NCBI GenBank assembly: GCA_029851965.1
Contig: JARKUW010000152.1
Span: 1 to 52,683 of the forward strand
Source: Bacteroidota bacterium
Lineage (GTDB): Bacteria > Bacteroidota > Bacteroidia > Sphingobacteriales > Sphingobacteriaceae
DNA length: 52,683 nt
Direction: 5' to 3'
Of the stretch, positions 20,787 through 31,204 are shown in pieces (the stretch's first letter is position 1; every line of letters starts with the position of its first letter). The position numbers and the translations under genes were made by a program. The notes beneath the pieces were generated by a model. That model did not search any database and was not told the DNA's origin. It saw only the letters and a program-made list of their open reading frames with translations.

Positions 20787-21359
20787 TTATTCGTATTTAT
20801 CTACTACTGCGCAAAGGTTATCGAAGATCTCGTCGATCTTTCCAGTACCGTTAACCTTGGTTAGTTTGTGTTGAGCTGCGTAATAAGGAAGTACGTGAAT
20901 GATTTTACCGAAGTACTCGTCGATGCGTTTCTGCAGTTTGTCTGCCTGATCATCAACACGTCCGGTTTCTTTCTGACGTTGTGCCACCCGTTTGGTTAGT
21001 TCGTCCTGATCTACATCCAGGGCAATGACACCTGCTATAGAACTCCCTTTAGTTTCCAAAAATTCATCCAGGGCTTCTGCCTGTGGAATGGTCCGGGGGA
21101 ATCCGTCAAAGATAAAGCCTTTGGCATTCGGATTTTTGTCTACTTCTTCCTCCAGCATATCAATGGTAATCCCATCGGGTACCAACTGGCCATCAGCGAT
21201 CAATGCGCTAACTTTCTGACCTAAGGCTGTTTGGTTTTTGATGTGTGCCCGGAAAAGGTCACCTGTAGAGATGTGAACCAATTGATACTTTTGAATCAAT
21301 TTTTCGGATTGGGTGCCTTTGCCTGCACCCGGTGGGCCAAAGAGAACAAAATTTAGCAT
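20787..21359 (-). CDS. adk: Adenylate kinase (short, no large LID domain)
   Basis: GPPGAGKGTQ, HISTGDLFR and DGFPRT motifs. Confidence 0.96.
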   Translation of the reverse strand: MLNFVLFGPPGAGKGTQSEKLIQKYQLVHISTGDLFRAHIKNQTALGQKVSALIADGQLVPDGITIDMLEEEVDKNPNAKGFIFDGFPRTIPQAEALDEFLETKGSSIAGVIALDVDQDELTKRVAQRQKETGRVDDQADKLQKRIDEYFGKIIHVLPYYAAQHKLTKVNGTGKIDEIFDNLCAVVDKYE

Positions 21360-21482
21360 TCGGGTTGTCTTTAAAATTTAATAGTCCTGGTGTTTATGGC
21401 CAGGCTTTTTCAATTATTTCAGCGGAATAGCCGAATTTATGAGTAAAGAGCATAAATATGTGGATTATTCCTTCAAAGGTTG

Positions 21483-21490
21483 CAAATATA
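21483..21490 (-). promoter_or_regulatory. -7 box (TATATTTG) for adk
   Basis: Exact TAnnTTTG on the minus strand; implies a ~120-nt leader. Confidence 0.55.
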
Positions 21491-21752
21491 TAATTATAAA
21501 TTTATTAACCTTAACTTTTTGCGGATAGCGGGTGGTAAAGGGTAGGTATATTGCTCAGAATTGCACAAACTTATTGAATTGTGCGGGGAGATGGTCGTTT
21601 TAAGATCAACTCAGATTCAGGAGCGGAGAATTGTAAAGTAAATAGTGGTTCATATGGAAATTACCGCTAACCAGCTAAAAGCCAATTGAAAATACTAAAC
21701 TTAGTGTCATTTGGTTTGTTCTTTAAAAAGAAATTATAGCTATATTTGATCA

Positions 21753-21920
21753 ATGGACAAGAACAAAGACATCAGCAACATCATTCAGTCTGATAGCAGT
21801 GGGAAGCTTTATATCAAAAGCCCCGACTTCTTTAGTCAACCCAAAGTTCAGCAAATGGTAAGCGCGATAATGCAATCAAACATCTTCAAGAAGATCGCGA
21901 AAGAAAAGCATACTAAATAA
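21753..21920 (+). CDS. Small hypothetical protein, 55 aa (MDKNKDISNIIQSDSSGKLYIKSPDFFSQPKVQQMVSAIMQSNIFKKIAKEKHTK); absent from the ORF track
   Basis: ATG 21753 to TAA 21920, translated by hand. TATATTTG box at 21741-21748; stop is 6 nt before the next gene. Confidence 0.7.
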   Translation: MDKNKDISNIIQSDSSGKLYIKSPDFFSQPKVQQMVSAIMQSNIFKKIAKEKHTK

Positions 21921-21926
21921 AGGTGT

Positions 21927-22649
21927 ATGCCATTTAACCTGCTCATTTTTCCCCTTGTGGGCGGTTATTACATATTGATTCGCTTCGAGTACTTACGTTA
22001 TATTCAATACAGACTTGAAAGCCAGCGCATCCTGCTGAATTCTGCCTTTGCAGGAATTATTTTGTTGGTTGCTTGCTTCATGTTGCGAACGGTTGTTTAC
22101 TTATGTTTCCCCTCGCTCCTTGATCAACTCGGCAAATTAATGCTATTACAAACTACATATTTTGGTACTACAAGCTTCACCCTGGTTGCGGCGGTCCTTT
22201 TTACTGAAATAGCAAATCTGTTTGTAGATCGAAAAAAGGCTATCAGAAAATCACTTGAAAAGGCCGGTAATGAATTCGAGTTGCTATTGAGTTCTTCATT
22301 CTTCGATGCCCATCTGCTGCAATTTACAATGGATAACGGCAAAGTGTATATTGGCTGGGTAAAGGAACTTCCCAAACCCTTTACCACCAACTATATTCGA
22401 ATTACCCCGGCACTAAGTGGGTATCGGAACGAACAAAAAGAACTGATATTTACGACGCAGTATCTAACTGTTTATGCCTCCTACATTTCTGACGGGTCAG
22501 TTGCCGACCAAAATGAATTGAAGACTGACCTTGTACTTAAGGTCGACAAGATTAACTCTGCTTCTTTCTTCGACATGGAGATTTATAAACGGTTCAATCC
22601 AAACGAAGAGGAAACGGATTTGAATACTCAACACCAAGCACAGGCATAG
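21927..22649 (+). CDS. Hypothetical membrane protein (about 3 N-terminal TM helices + soluble C-terminal domain)
   Basis: 240-aa ORF with hydrophobic segments at ~1-20, 35-61 and 76-100; LQFTMDNGKVYIGWV beta-hairpin-like motif. Confidence 0.8.
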   Translation: MPFNLLIFPLVGGYYILIRFEYLRYIQYRLESQRILLNSAFAGIILLVACFMLRTVVYLCFPSLLDQLGKLMLLQTTYFGTTSFTLVAAVLFTEIANLFVDRKKAIRKSLEKAGNEFELLLSSSFFDAHLLQFTMDNGKVYIGWVKELPKPFTTNYIRITPALSGYRNEQKELIFTTQYLTVYASYISDGSVADQNELKTDLVLKVDKINSASFFDMEIYKRFNPNEEETDLNTQHQAQA

Positions 22650-22692
22650 TACGCTGTTCATCACAACAAACATGCTGCTAAACTGCAGGCAT

Positions 22693-22730
22693 AAAAAAAG
22701 AGGATCCAAATGAATGAATCCTCTTTTTTG
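22693..22730. terminator. Bidirectional intrinsic terminator between the islet and tRNA-Arg
   Basis: AAAAAAGAGGAT...ATCCTCTTTTTT inverted repeat with A/T tails on both sides. Confidence 0.8.
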
Positions 22731-22804
22731 TGCACTCGAAGGGAGTCGAACCCCTAACCTCCTGATCCGTAGTCAGGTGCTCTATCCAATTAAGCTACGA
22801 ATGC
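22731..22804 (-). tRNA. tRNA-Arg (anticodon ACG)
   Basis: Reverse complement GCATTCGTAGCTTAATTGGATAGAGCACCTGACTACGGATCAGGAGGTTAGGGGTTCGACTCCCTTCGAGTGCA folds as a cloverleaf. Anticodon arm CCTGA-CTACGGA-TCAGG, T loop GTTCGA; CCA is not encoded. -7 box TACTTTTG at 22826-22833. Confidence 0.97.
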
Positions 22805-22901
22805 ATTTCCCTTGTTATCGGACTGCAAAAGTAAGTTTTGAAATTGGAATTCGCAATTATTTTAAATAAAAAAATGCAAATTCATGCTTTCAGTTGCGGT
22901 C

Positions 22902-23366
22902 TTAAGCCTCTACAACTTTCTTAATTGCGTCGAAATCAGGAAGATCACCTGCATTTTCCAGTACTTCTGCATAACTGATCAATCCTTCCTCATTAACCAC
23001 AAAAGCAGCTCTTTTGGATACGCCTTTGAGGTTGAATACAAATTCGTCGTAAAAAGCGCCGTATGATGGAGAAGTTTCTTTATTGAAATCTGAGAGCAAA
23101 GGGAACTGATAGAACTGCTCTTCTTTAAATTTAGCCAATGTGAAAGGTGAATCCACAGATACACCAACTACTTCCGCGTTCATTCCCGTGTAGTAGCCGA
23201 AGCTATCCCGCATGGTGCACAATTGTTCTGTGCAGGTTCCGGTGAAGGCCATTGGGAAAAACTGAATGACAAGCTTTTTACCTTTATAGTCCTGCAGACT
23301 TACTTCTTTTAGTTCCGAGCTGAATAATTTAAAATCCGGCGCTTTATCGCCAACTTGTAATGCCAT
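22902..23366 (-). CDS. Peroxiredoxin (AhpC/TSA; AhpE/BCP-like)
   Basis: GDKAPDF, PxxxTxxC (PMAFTGTC) with a second Cys at +5, GVSVDS, LLSD and KRAAFV. Confidence 0.9.
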   Translation of the reverse strand: MALQVGDKAPDFKLFSSELKEVSLQDYKGKKLVIQFFPMAFTGTCTEQLCTMRDSFGYYTGMNAEVVGVSVDSPFTLAKFKEEQFYQFPLLSDFNKETSPSYGAFYDEFVFNLKGVSKRAAFVVNEEGLISYAEVLENAGDLPDFDAIKKVVEA

Positions 23367-23396
23367 TTCTTATGATTGGTTAGGTGTATGGTAGTT

Positions 23397-24302
23397 TTAT
23401 GCACGTTTCATTTGTTCGTCAACCAGCGCAAGGCCTTCTTCAAAGGAATGTGGATTGTAACCGAGTTCCCGAATCGATTTGTCGAGCACGAATCCGGTTT
23501 TAGCAGGTCGCTTTGCGGTCTGGTTCAGGGTATTTGCACTTACTTCATGGATCAGTTTTTTATCCAGGTTCCAATAGTCTGCCACACGTGCAACGAGCTC
23601 TGAAACGCTCATCATGTCTTTACCGGAGACATTGAAGATCCCCCGGGCATTCTTCTCTACCGCCAGCAGGCAGCAATCTGCAAGATCTTCTGCAAGCGTA
23701 GGCATGCGCCATTGATCGTTCACGATGTTTAGCGGAGCACCTTTCTCCAATGCCGTTTTCGCCCAAAGAACGATGTTGCTCCGGCTCATGTCACTTACAA
23801 TTCCGTATACGAGGATGGTACGCAGGATTGCCCATGGTGCCTTTGATCTCTTCAGGAGCTCCTCCGCTTCAAGCTTCGTCTGCCCATAATAGCTTAATGG
23901 ATTGGCTTCGGCCTCCTCATCGTACGGTCCGGCTGCACCATCAAAGATGAAATCTGTAGAAAGGTGTACGAGCTGAATGTCGTGTGACTCACAAAGCGCG
24001 ATGAGCGTATTTACAGCCTTCACATTAAGTGCATAAGCGAGCTCTTTCTGGTCCTCACAGGTATCAACGTTAGTCATTGCCGCGGTATGGACAATGGCAT
24101 CAGGAAGGAAATGTTCCACAACATGCTTAACATTAGCCGGATCTAGTATATCCATTTCTGCATATACATATCCTTCTGCTACAGGATAACGGTTTGGGCC
24201 TTTGGAAGTTGCGATTAAATCGAAATGCTTTAGTTTTAAGATCTGCTCCGTTATCTTCTGTCCCAACAGGCCGTTGCTGCCCGTGACTAATATTCTTTTC
24301 AT
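23397..24302 (-). CDS. dTDP-4-dehydrorhamnose reductase-like (RfbD/RmlD) SDR
   Basis: TGSNGLLG, AAMTNVD, STDFIFDG, YGQTK and DQWRMPT motifs. Confidence 0.85.
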   Translation of the reverse strand: MKRILVTGSNGLLGQKITEQILKLKHFDLIATSKGPNRYPVAEGYVYAEMDILDPANVKHVVEHFLPDAIVHTAAMTNVDTCEDQKELAYALNVKAVNTLIALCESHDIQLVHLSTDFIFDGAAGPYDEEAEANPLSYYGQTKLEAEELLKRSKAPWAILRTILVYGIVSDMSRSNIVLWAKTALEKGAPLNIVNDQWRMPTLAEDLADCCLLAVEKNARGIFNVSGKDMMSVSELVARVADYWNLDKKLIHEVSANTLNQTAKRPAKTGFVLDKSIRELGYNPHSFEEGLALVDEQMKRA

Positions 24303-24374
24303 GCAGCTAAAATATTGAATATAATAGTGTGGAAAAACTTTTTATTTATATATAATTAATACAGGGAAAAAATA

Positions 24375-24382
24375 TAACTTTG
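24375..24382 (+). promoter_or_regulatory. -7 box (TAACTTTG) for atpDC
   Basis: Exact TAnnTTTG in an AT-rich divergent gap. Confidence 0.6.
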
Positions 24383-24433
24383 CGGACTGAATTATGGACC
24401 GTTTTGAGGTCTTTAACAAATTGATATTTATAA

Positions 24434-25957
<1,524 letters not shown>

Positions 25958-25959
25958 GT

Positions 25960-26205
25960 ATGACAGTAGAAATATTAACACCCGATAAAAAGGTTTTCGA
26001 AGGAGAAGTAACATCCGTTACGGTACCGGGGACCATGGGCTCCTTTCAAATTCTGAAAGACCATGCACCTATCATTTCAACGTTAGAAGACGGCCCGGTT
26101 ATTATTAAAAATAAAACCGATGAGCAAACTTTTAATATTAAAGGTGGTGTTGTAGAAGTACTAAAAAATAAAATCGTTGTTTTGGCTGAAGGCGTTGCGC
26201 TGTAA
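25960..26205 (+). CDS. atpC: F1F0 ATP synthase epsilon subunit (N-terminal beta-sandwich only)
   Basis: EILTPD, GSFQILKDHAPIIS and GGVVEV motifs; follows atpD. Confidence 0.93.
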   Translation: MTVEILTPDKKVFEGEVTSVTVPGTMGSFQILKDHAPIISTLEDGPVIIKNKTDEQTFNIKGGVVEVLKNKIVVLAEGVAL

Positions 26206-26227
26206 ATCATTTCAACAAAAATTCAAG

Positions 26228-26258
26228 AATCCTCCGGTGAACACCGGGGGATTTTTTT
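26228..26258 (+). terminator. Intrinsic terminator after atpC
   Basis: AATCCTCCGGT-gaac-ACCGGGGGATT stem followed by a T run. Confidence 0.88.
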
Positions 26259-26658
26259 GTCTCCGCTATTTATAGCATCTCAGACTTATGCCTCCTTCCC
26301 ACTTACCTGGGCCGACGTCTGTCGGTCAGGATGCTGATCAAAAAAAGTGCTGGCATTCAGCTCTTTTTAGCTGCCGCGCGCAGTCAGAAATTTGCAATTT
26401 TTCGGGCAGTCCGGGCATTTTACGCAGAAAGTCACCGATTTTGCAATGCAAGCATAATAAACATACCGAATACCAAAACCATAATTGGTATAGCGAACTC
26501 GGATTATTGTACCAAATATGCCGTTCTCAACCAATTTAATTCGGTTACAGCTTAGCATATCGACATATTATTTTTTTTTAATTTATTTTCATTAACACTT
26601 GATCGTTTGTATACCAAAAACTAAATTGGTTTTCAAGAAACAGTTAAGAAACAACAAG

Positions 26659-26742
26659 ATGTTAAACTTCATTCTAAACCGCGTCAACCTCCTGCTTAAT
26701 GTAAATGATCTGCTGATTATTCAGAAGACCTGGGCGCTGTAA
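26659..26742 (+). CDS. ilv-leu operon leader peptide (MLNFILNRVNLLLNVNDLLIIQKTWAL, 27 aa)
   Basis: 13 of 27 codons are Leu/Ile/Val (8 L, 3 I, 2 V); lies upstream of ilvE and of a terminator. Confidence 0.8.
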   Translation: MLNFILNRVNLLLNVNDLLIIQKTWAL

Positions 26743-26795
26743 ATGAATATTTAACCATAACATAAAGCAAGCGCCCATAAACAAGGCGCTTTTTT
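26731..26795 (+). promoter_or_regulatory. Transcription attenuator: antiterminator TGGGCGCT(26731-38):AGCGCCCA(26770-77) versus terminator AAGCGCC(26769-75):GGCGCTT(26785-91) + T tract
   Basis: Two mutually exclusive perfect helices sharing the 26770-26775 strand. Confidence 0.8.
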
Positions 26796-26830
26796 AATAC
26801 TTAAAAAACCTGATTTCCGACCCTAAACAT

Positions 26831-27721
26831 ATGGACTACTACAATTCAAACACCGTATTATATCTTGATGGAGCATTCATCAAGTCGAAAGAAGCCAATA
26901 CGACTTTGTACAGCCAGTCCTTACATTATGGATACGCGGTTTTTGAAGGCATACGTGCTTATAAGACCCATAATGGTACCCGGATATTTAAGGCAAAGCG
27001 TCATTATGAGCGTCTGAAGAAATCATGCGAGTTGGTGCATATACCTTTCAAGTGGGACATTGACGATTTGGTAAAACAAACGTATCAGGTACTTGCGCTA
27101 AACAAGTTTAAGGACGCCTATATCCGTCCGCTTGTGTATTGTGCACCCAACATGGCGTTGACAGAACCATCGGCTGTATCCATTATGATCTGTGCATGGG
27201 AATGGGCAGCGTACTTCGGCGGTGGGCAGATCCGCGTATGTATATCCGGGTACCAGCGGCCAAACCCTAAATCAACCCCTATCGAGGCTAAAGTTAGCGG
27301 CCATTACGTAAATTCGATATTGGCTACTACGGAAGCTAAAGCCCGCGGATATGAGGAGGCTATTTTGCTGGATCAGGACAACTTCATTGCGGAAGCACCT
27401 GGAGCGAATATTTTCATAGAGAAATCAGGAAAGCTCTATACACCTGCGTTGGGTAACATACTACCAGGTATTACAAGAGCAACCTTAATACAGCTTTGCA
27501 GAACACTGGAGATTGAGTGTATTGAAACACAGTTAACAGCAAGTGACCTGAAGCAAGCCGACAGTGCCTTTTTGTGTGGTACTGCGGCAGAAATAATCGG
27601 CATCGCATCTGTGGATGAGACTACACTTCCACTTCCATGGACGGAGAGTCTGGGGTCTACCCTTCAGCGTGCTTACAAGAGTTTGGTACTAGAGAAACAG
27701 AATTACGAAGTATTTATATAA
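26831..27721 (+). CDS. ilvE: Branched-chain amino acid aminotransferase
   Basis: LHYGYAVFEGIRAY, YIRP, AKVSGHY, LPGITR and GTAAE motifs. Confidence 0.93.
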   Translation: MDYYNSNTVLYLDGAFIKSKEANTTLYSQSLHYGYAVFEGIRAYKTHNGTRIFKAKRHYERLKKSCELVHIPFKWDIDDLVKQTYQVLALNKFKDAYIRPLVYCAPNMALTEPSAVSIMICAWEWAAYFGGGQIRVCISGYQRPNPKSTPIEAKVSGHYVNSILATTEAKARGYEEAILLDQDNFIAEAPGANIFIEKSGKLYTPALGNILPGITRATLIQLCRTLEIECIETQLTASDLKQADSAFLCGTAAEIIGIASVDETTLPLPWTESLGSTLQRAYKSLVLEKQNYEVFI

Positions 27722-27727
27722 AAGAAC

Positions 27728-29425
27728 ATGTCAGAAACTACGGAAATTAACCGATATAGTAAAGTATTTACTCAGGATCCTACCCAGGCGGGTGCGCAAG
27801 CGATGTTATATGGAATTGGATTAACCACGGCGGATATGCAGAAAGCCCAGGTTGGCATTGCCAGTATGGGTTATGACGGGAACACCTGCAACATGCACCT
27901 TAACGATCTTGCCAAACTTGTGAAAGAAGGCGTATGGAAAAGCGACATGGTTGGGTTAACGTTCAATACCATTGGTGTAAGTGACGGGATGTCCAATGGT
28001 ACGGATGGAATGCGCTATTCATTGGTATCGAGAGACGTAATTGCTGATTCTATTGAGACTATCTGTGGTGGCCAGTATTATGACGCTGTAATTGCGTTGC
28101 CCGGCTGCGACAAAAACATGCCAGGATCAATTATGGCTATGGGACGGTTAAACCGGCCGTCGATCATGGTATATGGCGGAAGTATACACTCTGGAAACTA
28201 CAAAGGGCGATCACTCAATATGGTTTCCGCCTTTGAAGCACTGGGTGAAAAAATTGCCGGAAAGCTTTCCGAAGAAGACTATCAGGGTATCATCCGTCAC
28301 ACCTGCCCCGGAGCGGGTGCTTGCGGCGGGATGTACACCGCAAATACCATGGCTTCCGCTATTGAAGCACTCGGCATGAGCTTGCCTTATAGCTCGTCCT
28401 ACCCTGCCTTAAGTGACGAGAAAAAAGCAGAGTGCTTACGTGCTGGCGAAGCGATAAAAGTGCTGTTGGAAAAGAACATCCTTCCTTCACACATTATGAC
28501 TGAAAAAGCATTTCACAATGCCATTGTAACGGTTACCATTTTAGGCGGAAGCACAAATGCAGTATTGCACTTAATCGCCATGGCTAAATCGGTCGGATTA
28601 AATCTGACGCTGGAAGATTTCCAGCGCATCAGCGACTCGACTCCAGTCCTCGCGGATTTAAAGCCAAGCGGACAATATCTGATGGAAAATGTTCATGAAA
28701 TCGGCGGTATTCCGGCAGTTTTGAAGTATCTGCTTAAAGAAGGATTAATCCATGGCGACTGCCTGACGGTAACCGGAAAAACCCTTGCGGAGAACGTTGC
28801 AGATGCGATTGATCTGGACTTTGAAACGCAAAAGGTTATTCTTCCGGTTACGGAGCCGATCAAGGCTAGCGGGCATTTACAGATGCTTTACGGAAACCTT
28901 GCACAGAAAGGTGCCGTGGCCAAGATCAGTGGTAAGGAAGGGGAAAGATTCGAAGGCCCTGCAAGGGTGTTTGACGGGGAGAAACAATTGATTGCTGGTA
29001 TCCAGAGTGGCCGTGTACACCAGGGCGACGTGGTTGTGATCCGGCAGGTAGGCCCTAAAGGTGCTCCTGGAATGCCGGAAATGCTGAAGCCAACTTCTGC
29101 AATTATCGGAGCGGGTCTCGGAAAATCAGTTGCACTGATCACAGACGGCAGATTCTCTGGTGGAACCCATGGATTTGTTGTGGGTCATATTACGCCCGAA
29201 GCCTGGGACGGTGGAAACATTGGTTTGGTTAAAGACGACGACACGATCGTCATCGACGCCGTAAACAATACCATCGATGTACTACTGACAGATGAAGAAC
29301 TTGCCGCCAGAAGAGCAGAATGGAAGCAATTGCCTCCTCCCGTACGCAGCGGCGTATTGTATAAATATTTAAAGCAAGTAAGTGACGCCAGCGAAGGCTG
29401 CGTTACTGATGCCTATACCGATTAA
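27728..29425 (+). CDS. ilvD: Dihydroxy-acid dehydratase
   Basis: [33 protein letters not shown] and TDGRFSG motifs. Confidence 0.97.
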   Translation: MSETTEINRYSKVFTQDPTQAGAQAMLYGIGLTTADMQKAQVGIASMGYDGNTCNMHLNDLAKLVKEGVWKSDMVGLTFNTIGVSDGMSNGTDGMRYSLVSRDVIADSIETICGGQYYDAVIALPGCDKNMPGSIMAMGRLNRPSIMVYGGSIHSGNYKGRSLNMVSAFEALGEKIAGKLSEEDYQGIIRHTCPGAGACGGMYTANTMASAIEALGMSLPYSSSYPALSDEKKAECLRAGEAIKVLLEKNILPSHIMTEKAFHNAIVTVTILGGSTNAVLHLIAMAKSVGLNLTLEDFQRISDSTPVLADLKPSGQYLMENVHEIGGIPAVLKYLLKEGLIHGDCLTVTGKTLAENVADAIDLDFETQKVILPVTEPIKASGHLQMLYGNLAQKGAVAKISGKEGERFEGPARVFDGEKQLIAGIQSGRVHQGDVVVIRQVGPKGAPGMPEMLKPTSAIIGAGLGKSVALITDGRFSGGTHGFVVGHITPEAWDGGNIGLVKDDDTIVIDAVNNTIDVLLTDEELAARRAEWKQLPPPVRSGVLYKYLKQVSDASEGCVTDAYTD

Positions 29426-29457
29426 TAAAAACCGGCTTTTATCTAACAACATAAACT

Positions 29458-31197
29458 ATGGAACTAGCAGCAGAAGTAACAATTACACCAGCAGAACCAA
29501 AAATCACGAGAAACGTATCCGGCTCAGTGGCCTTGCTGGATGGACTGATTGCCGAAGGAACCGAAACTGTATTTGGCTATCCAGGGGGCGCAATTATGCC
29601 GATCTACGATGCCCTGTATGATTATAAAGAAAAACTAACCCATATCCTGGTGAGGCATGAGCAAGGCGCAACACACGCCGCTCAGGGGTATGCACGTGCG
29701 TCAGGGAAAGTGGGCGTCGTGTTTGCAACCAGTGGACCGGGTGCAACCAACCTGGTAACCGGTTTGGCAGATGCACAGATCGACAGTACGCCTATGGTTT
29801 GCATCACTGGCCAGGTATTCAGCCACCTGCTCGGAACGGATGCCTTTCAGGAAACTGATGTAATCAACATCACTACCCCGGTGACAAAGTGGAACTATCA
29901 GGTTACGGATGCTAAAGAAATTCCGGGTGTACTGGCAAAGGCTTTTTACATTGCCAGAAGCGGACGTCCCGGTCCGGTGCTTATTGACATCACGAAAGAT
30001 GCACAGATCCAGCTGTTTGACTACGCCGGGCATGTGGCATGTGATCATGTTCGCAGTTACCGGCCGAAGCCAAATATCCGTATGGAATATATTGAGCAGG
30101 CTGCCGCGTTGATTAATACGGCAAAAAAACCATTCATTCTCTTCGGACAAGGTGTACTATTGGGTTCCGCAGAGCAGGAATTTAAAGCTTTCGTAGAAAA
30201 GAGCGGAATTCCAGCTGCCTGGACGATATTGGGTGCAGGAGCAATTCCGACGGATCATCCACTGAATGCAGGTATGTTGGGTATGCATGGAAACTACGGT
30301 CCCAATGTACAAACAAATTCATGCGATGTATTGATCGCTATAGGTATGCGTTTTGACGACCGGGTAACCGGAAGACTTGACAAGTATGCGAAACAGGCAA
30401 AAGTTATCCACCTGGATATTGACCCTGCTGAGATTGATAAAAATGTGAAAGCTGACGTACCTGTTTGGGGGGATTGCAAAGAAACACTTCCACTGTTAAC
30501 AGAACTGATCGAGGCGCGCGCGCACACCGAATGGCATGCAGAATTTAAAGCTTTCGAGAAAATAGAACGTGAAGAATTAATAGACAGAGAATTGTTTCCG
30601 GAAGGTGCAGAAATCACCATGGGCGAAGTTATTCAGCAGTTGAACGAACTGACGGATGGAAATGCGATCATCGTGAGCGATGTTGGCCAGCACCAGATGG
30701 TTGCCTGCAGATATGCAAAATTCAACAACACCCGAAGTAACATTACAAGCGGTGGATTGGGTACAATGGGCTTTGGCTTACCGGCCGCAATCGGCGCTAA
30801 GTTTGGTGCCCCAGATAAAACCGTTGTCGCGGTTATTGGTGACGGCGGGTTCCAGATGACGGTACAGGAGCTTGGAACGATCATGCAAAGTGGCGCGGAT
30901 GTAAAGATCCTGATTTTAAACAATCAGTTTTTAGGTATGGTACGCCAGTGGCAGCAGCTGTTCAACGAAAAAAGGTATTCCTTTGTTGACATTACAAGCC
31001 CGGACTTTGTGAAGCTTGCAGAATCCTATTATATTGCAGGGAAGAAGGTGTCCGAACGAGAAAATCTTAAATCTTCACTTGAAGAAATGTTGCAGCATAA
31101 AGGATCATTCCTTTTGGAAGTGATGGTGGCCAAGGAAAACAACGTTTTCCCGATGGTACCTCAGGGATGCAGCGTTAGTGAAATCAGACTTAAATAA
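29458..31197 (+). CDS. ilvB: Acetolactate synthase large subunit
   Basis: FGYPGGAI, RHEQGA, TSGPGATN, RFDDRVTG and the ThDP motif GDGGFQM...NN..LGMVRQWQ. Confidence 0.96.
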   Translation: MELAAEVTITPAEPKITRNVSGSVALLDGLIAEGTETVFGYPGGAIMPIYDALYDYKEKLTHILVRHEQGATHAAQGYARASGKVGVVFATSGPGATNLVTGLADAQIDSTPMVCITGQVFSHLLGTDAFQETDVINITTPVTKWNYQVTDAKEIPGVLAKAFYIARSGRPGPVLIDITKDAQIQLFDYAGHVACDHVRSYRPKPNIRMEYIEQAAALINTAKKPFILFGQGVLLGSAEQEFKAFVEKSGIPAAWTILGAGAIPTDHPLNAGMLGMHGNYGPNVQTNSCDVLIAIGMRFDDRVTGRLDKYAKQAKVIHLDIDPAEIDKNVKADVPVWGDCKETLPLLTELIEARAHTEWHAEFKAFEKIEREELIDRELFPEGAEITMGEVIQQLNELTDGNAIIVSDVGQHQMVACRYAKFNNTRSNITSGGLGTMGFGLPAAIGAKFGAPDKTVVAVIGDGGFQMTVQELGTIMQSGADVKILILNNQFLGMVRQWQQLFNEKRYSFVDITSPDFVKLAESYYIAGKKVSERENLKSSLEEMLQHKGSFLLEVMVAKENNVFPMVPQGCSVSEIRLK

Positions 31198-31204
31198 ACA
31201 GAAC

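Noticed and set aside
21500-21740. att-site duplication of the tRNA-Arg 3' end bounding the islet
   Set aside because: Only a 6-bp TTGTGC match and no integrase, so no mobile element was called.
24328-24336. Single perfect DnaA-box match (TTTTCCACA, minus strand) near the atpD promoter
   Set aside because: One isolated nonamer is expected by chance in 52 kb; no oriC-like cluster.
26306-26330. Hairpin CCTGGGCCGAC-gtct-GTCGGTCAGG as part of a T-box or riboswitch
   Set aside because: No T-box (AAGGTGGTACC-like) or other riboswitch consensus found; the leader peptide already explains regulation.
26288-26558. Three overlapping 63-83 aa ORFs between atpC and the ilv leader
   Set aside because: Mutually overlapping, no motifs; the region looks regulatory.
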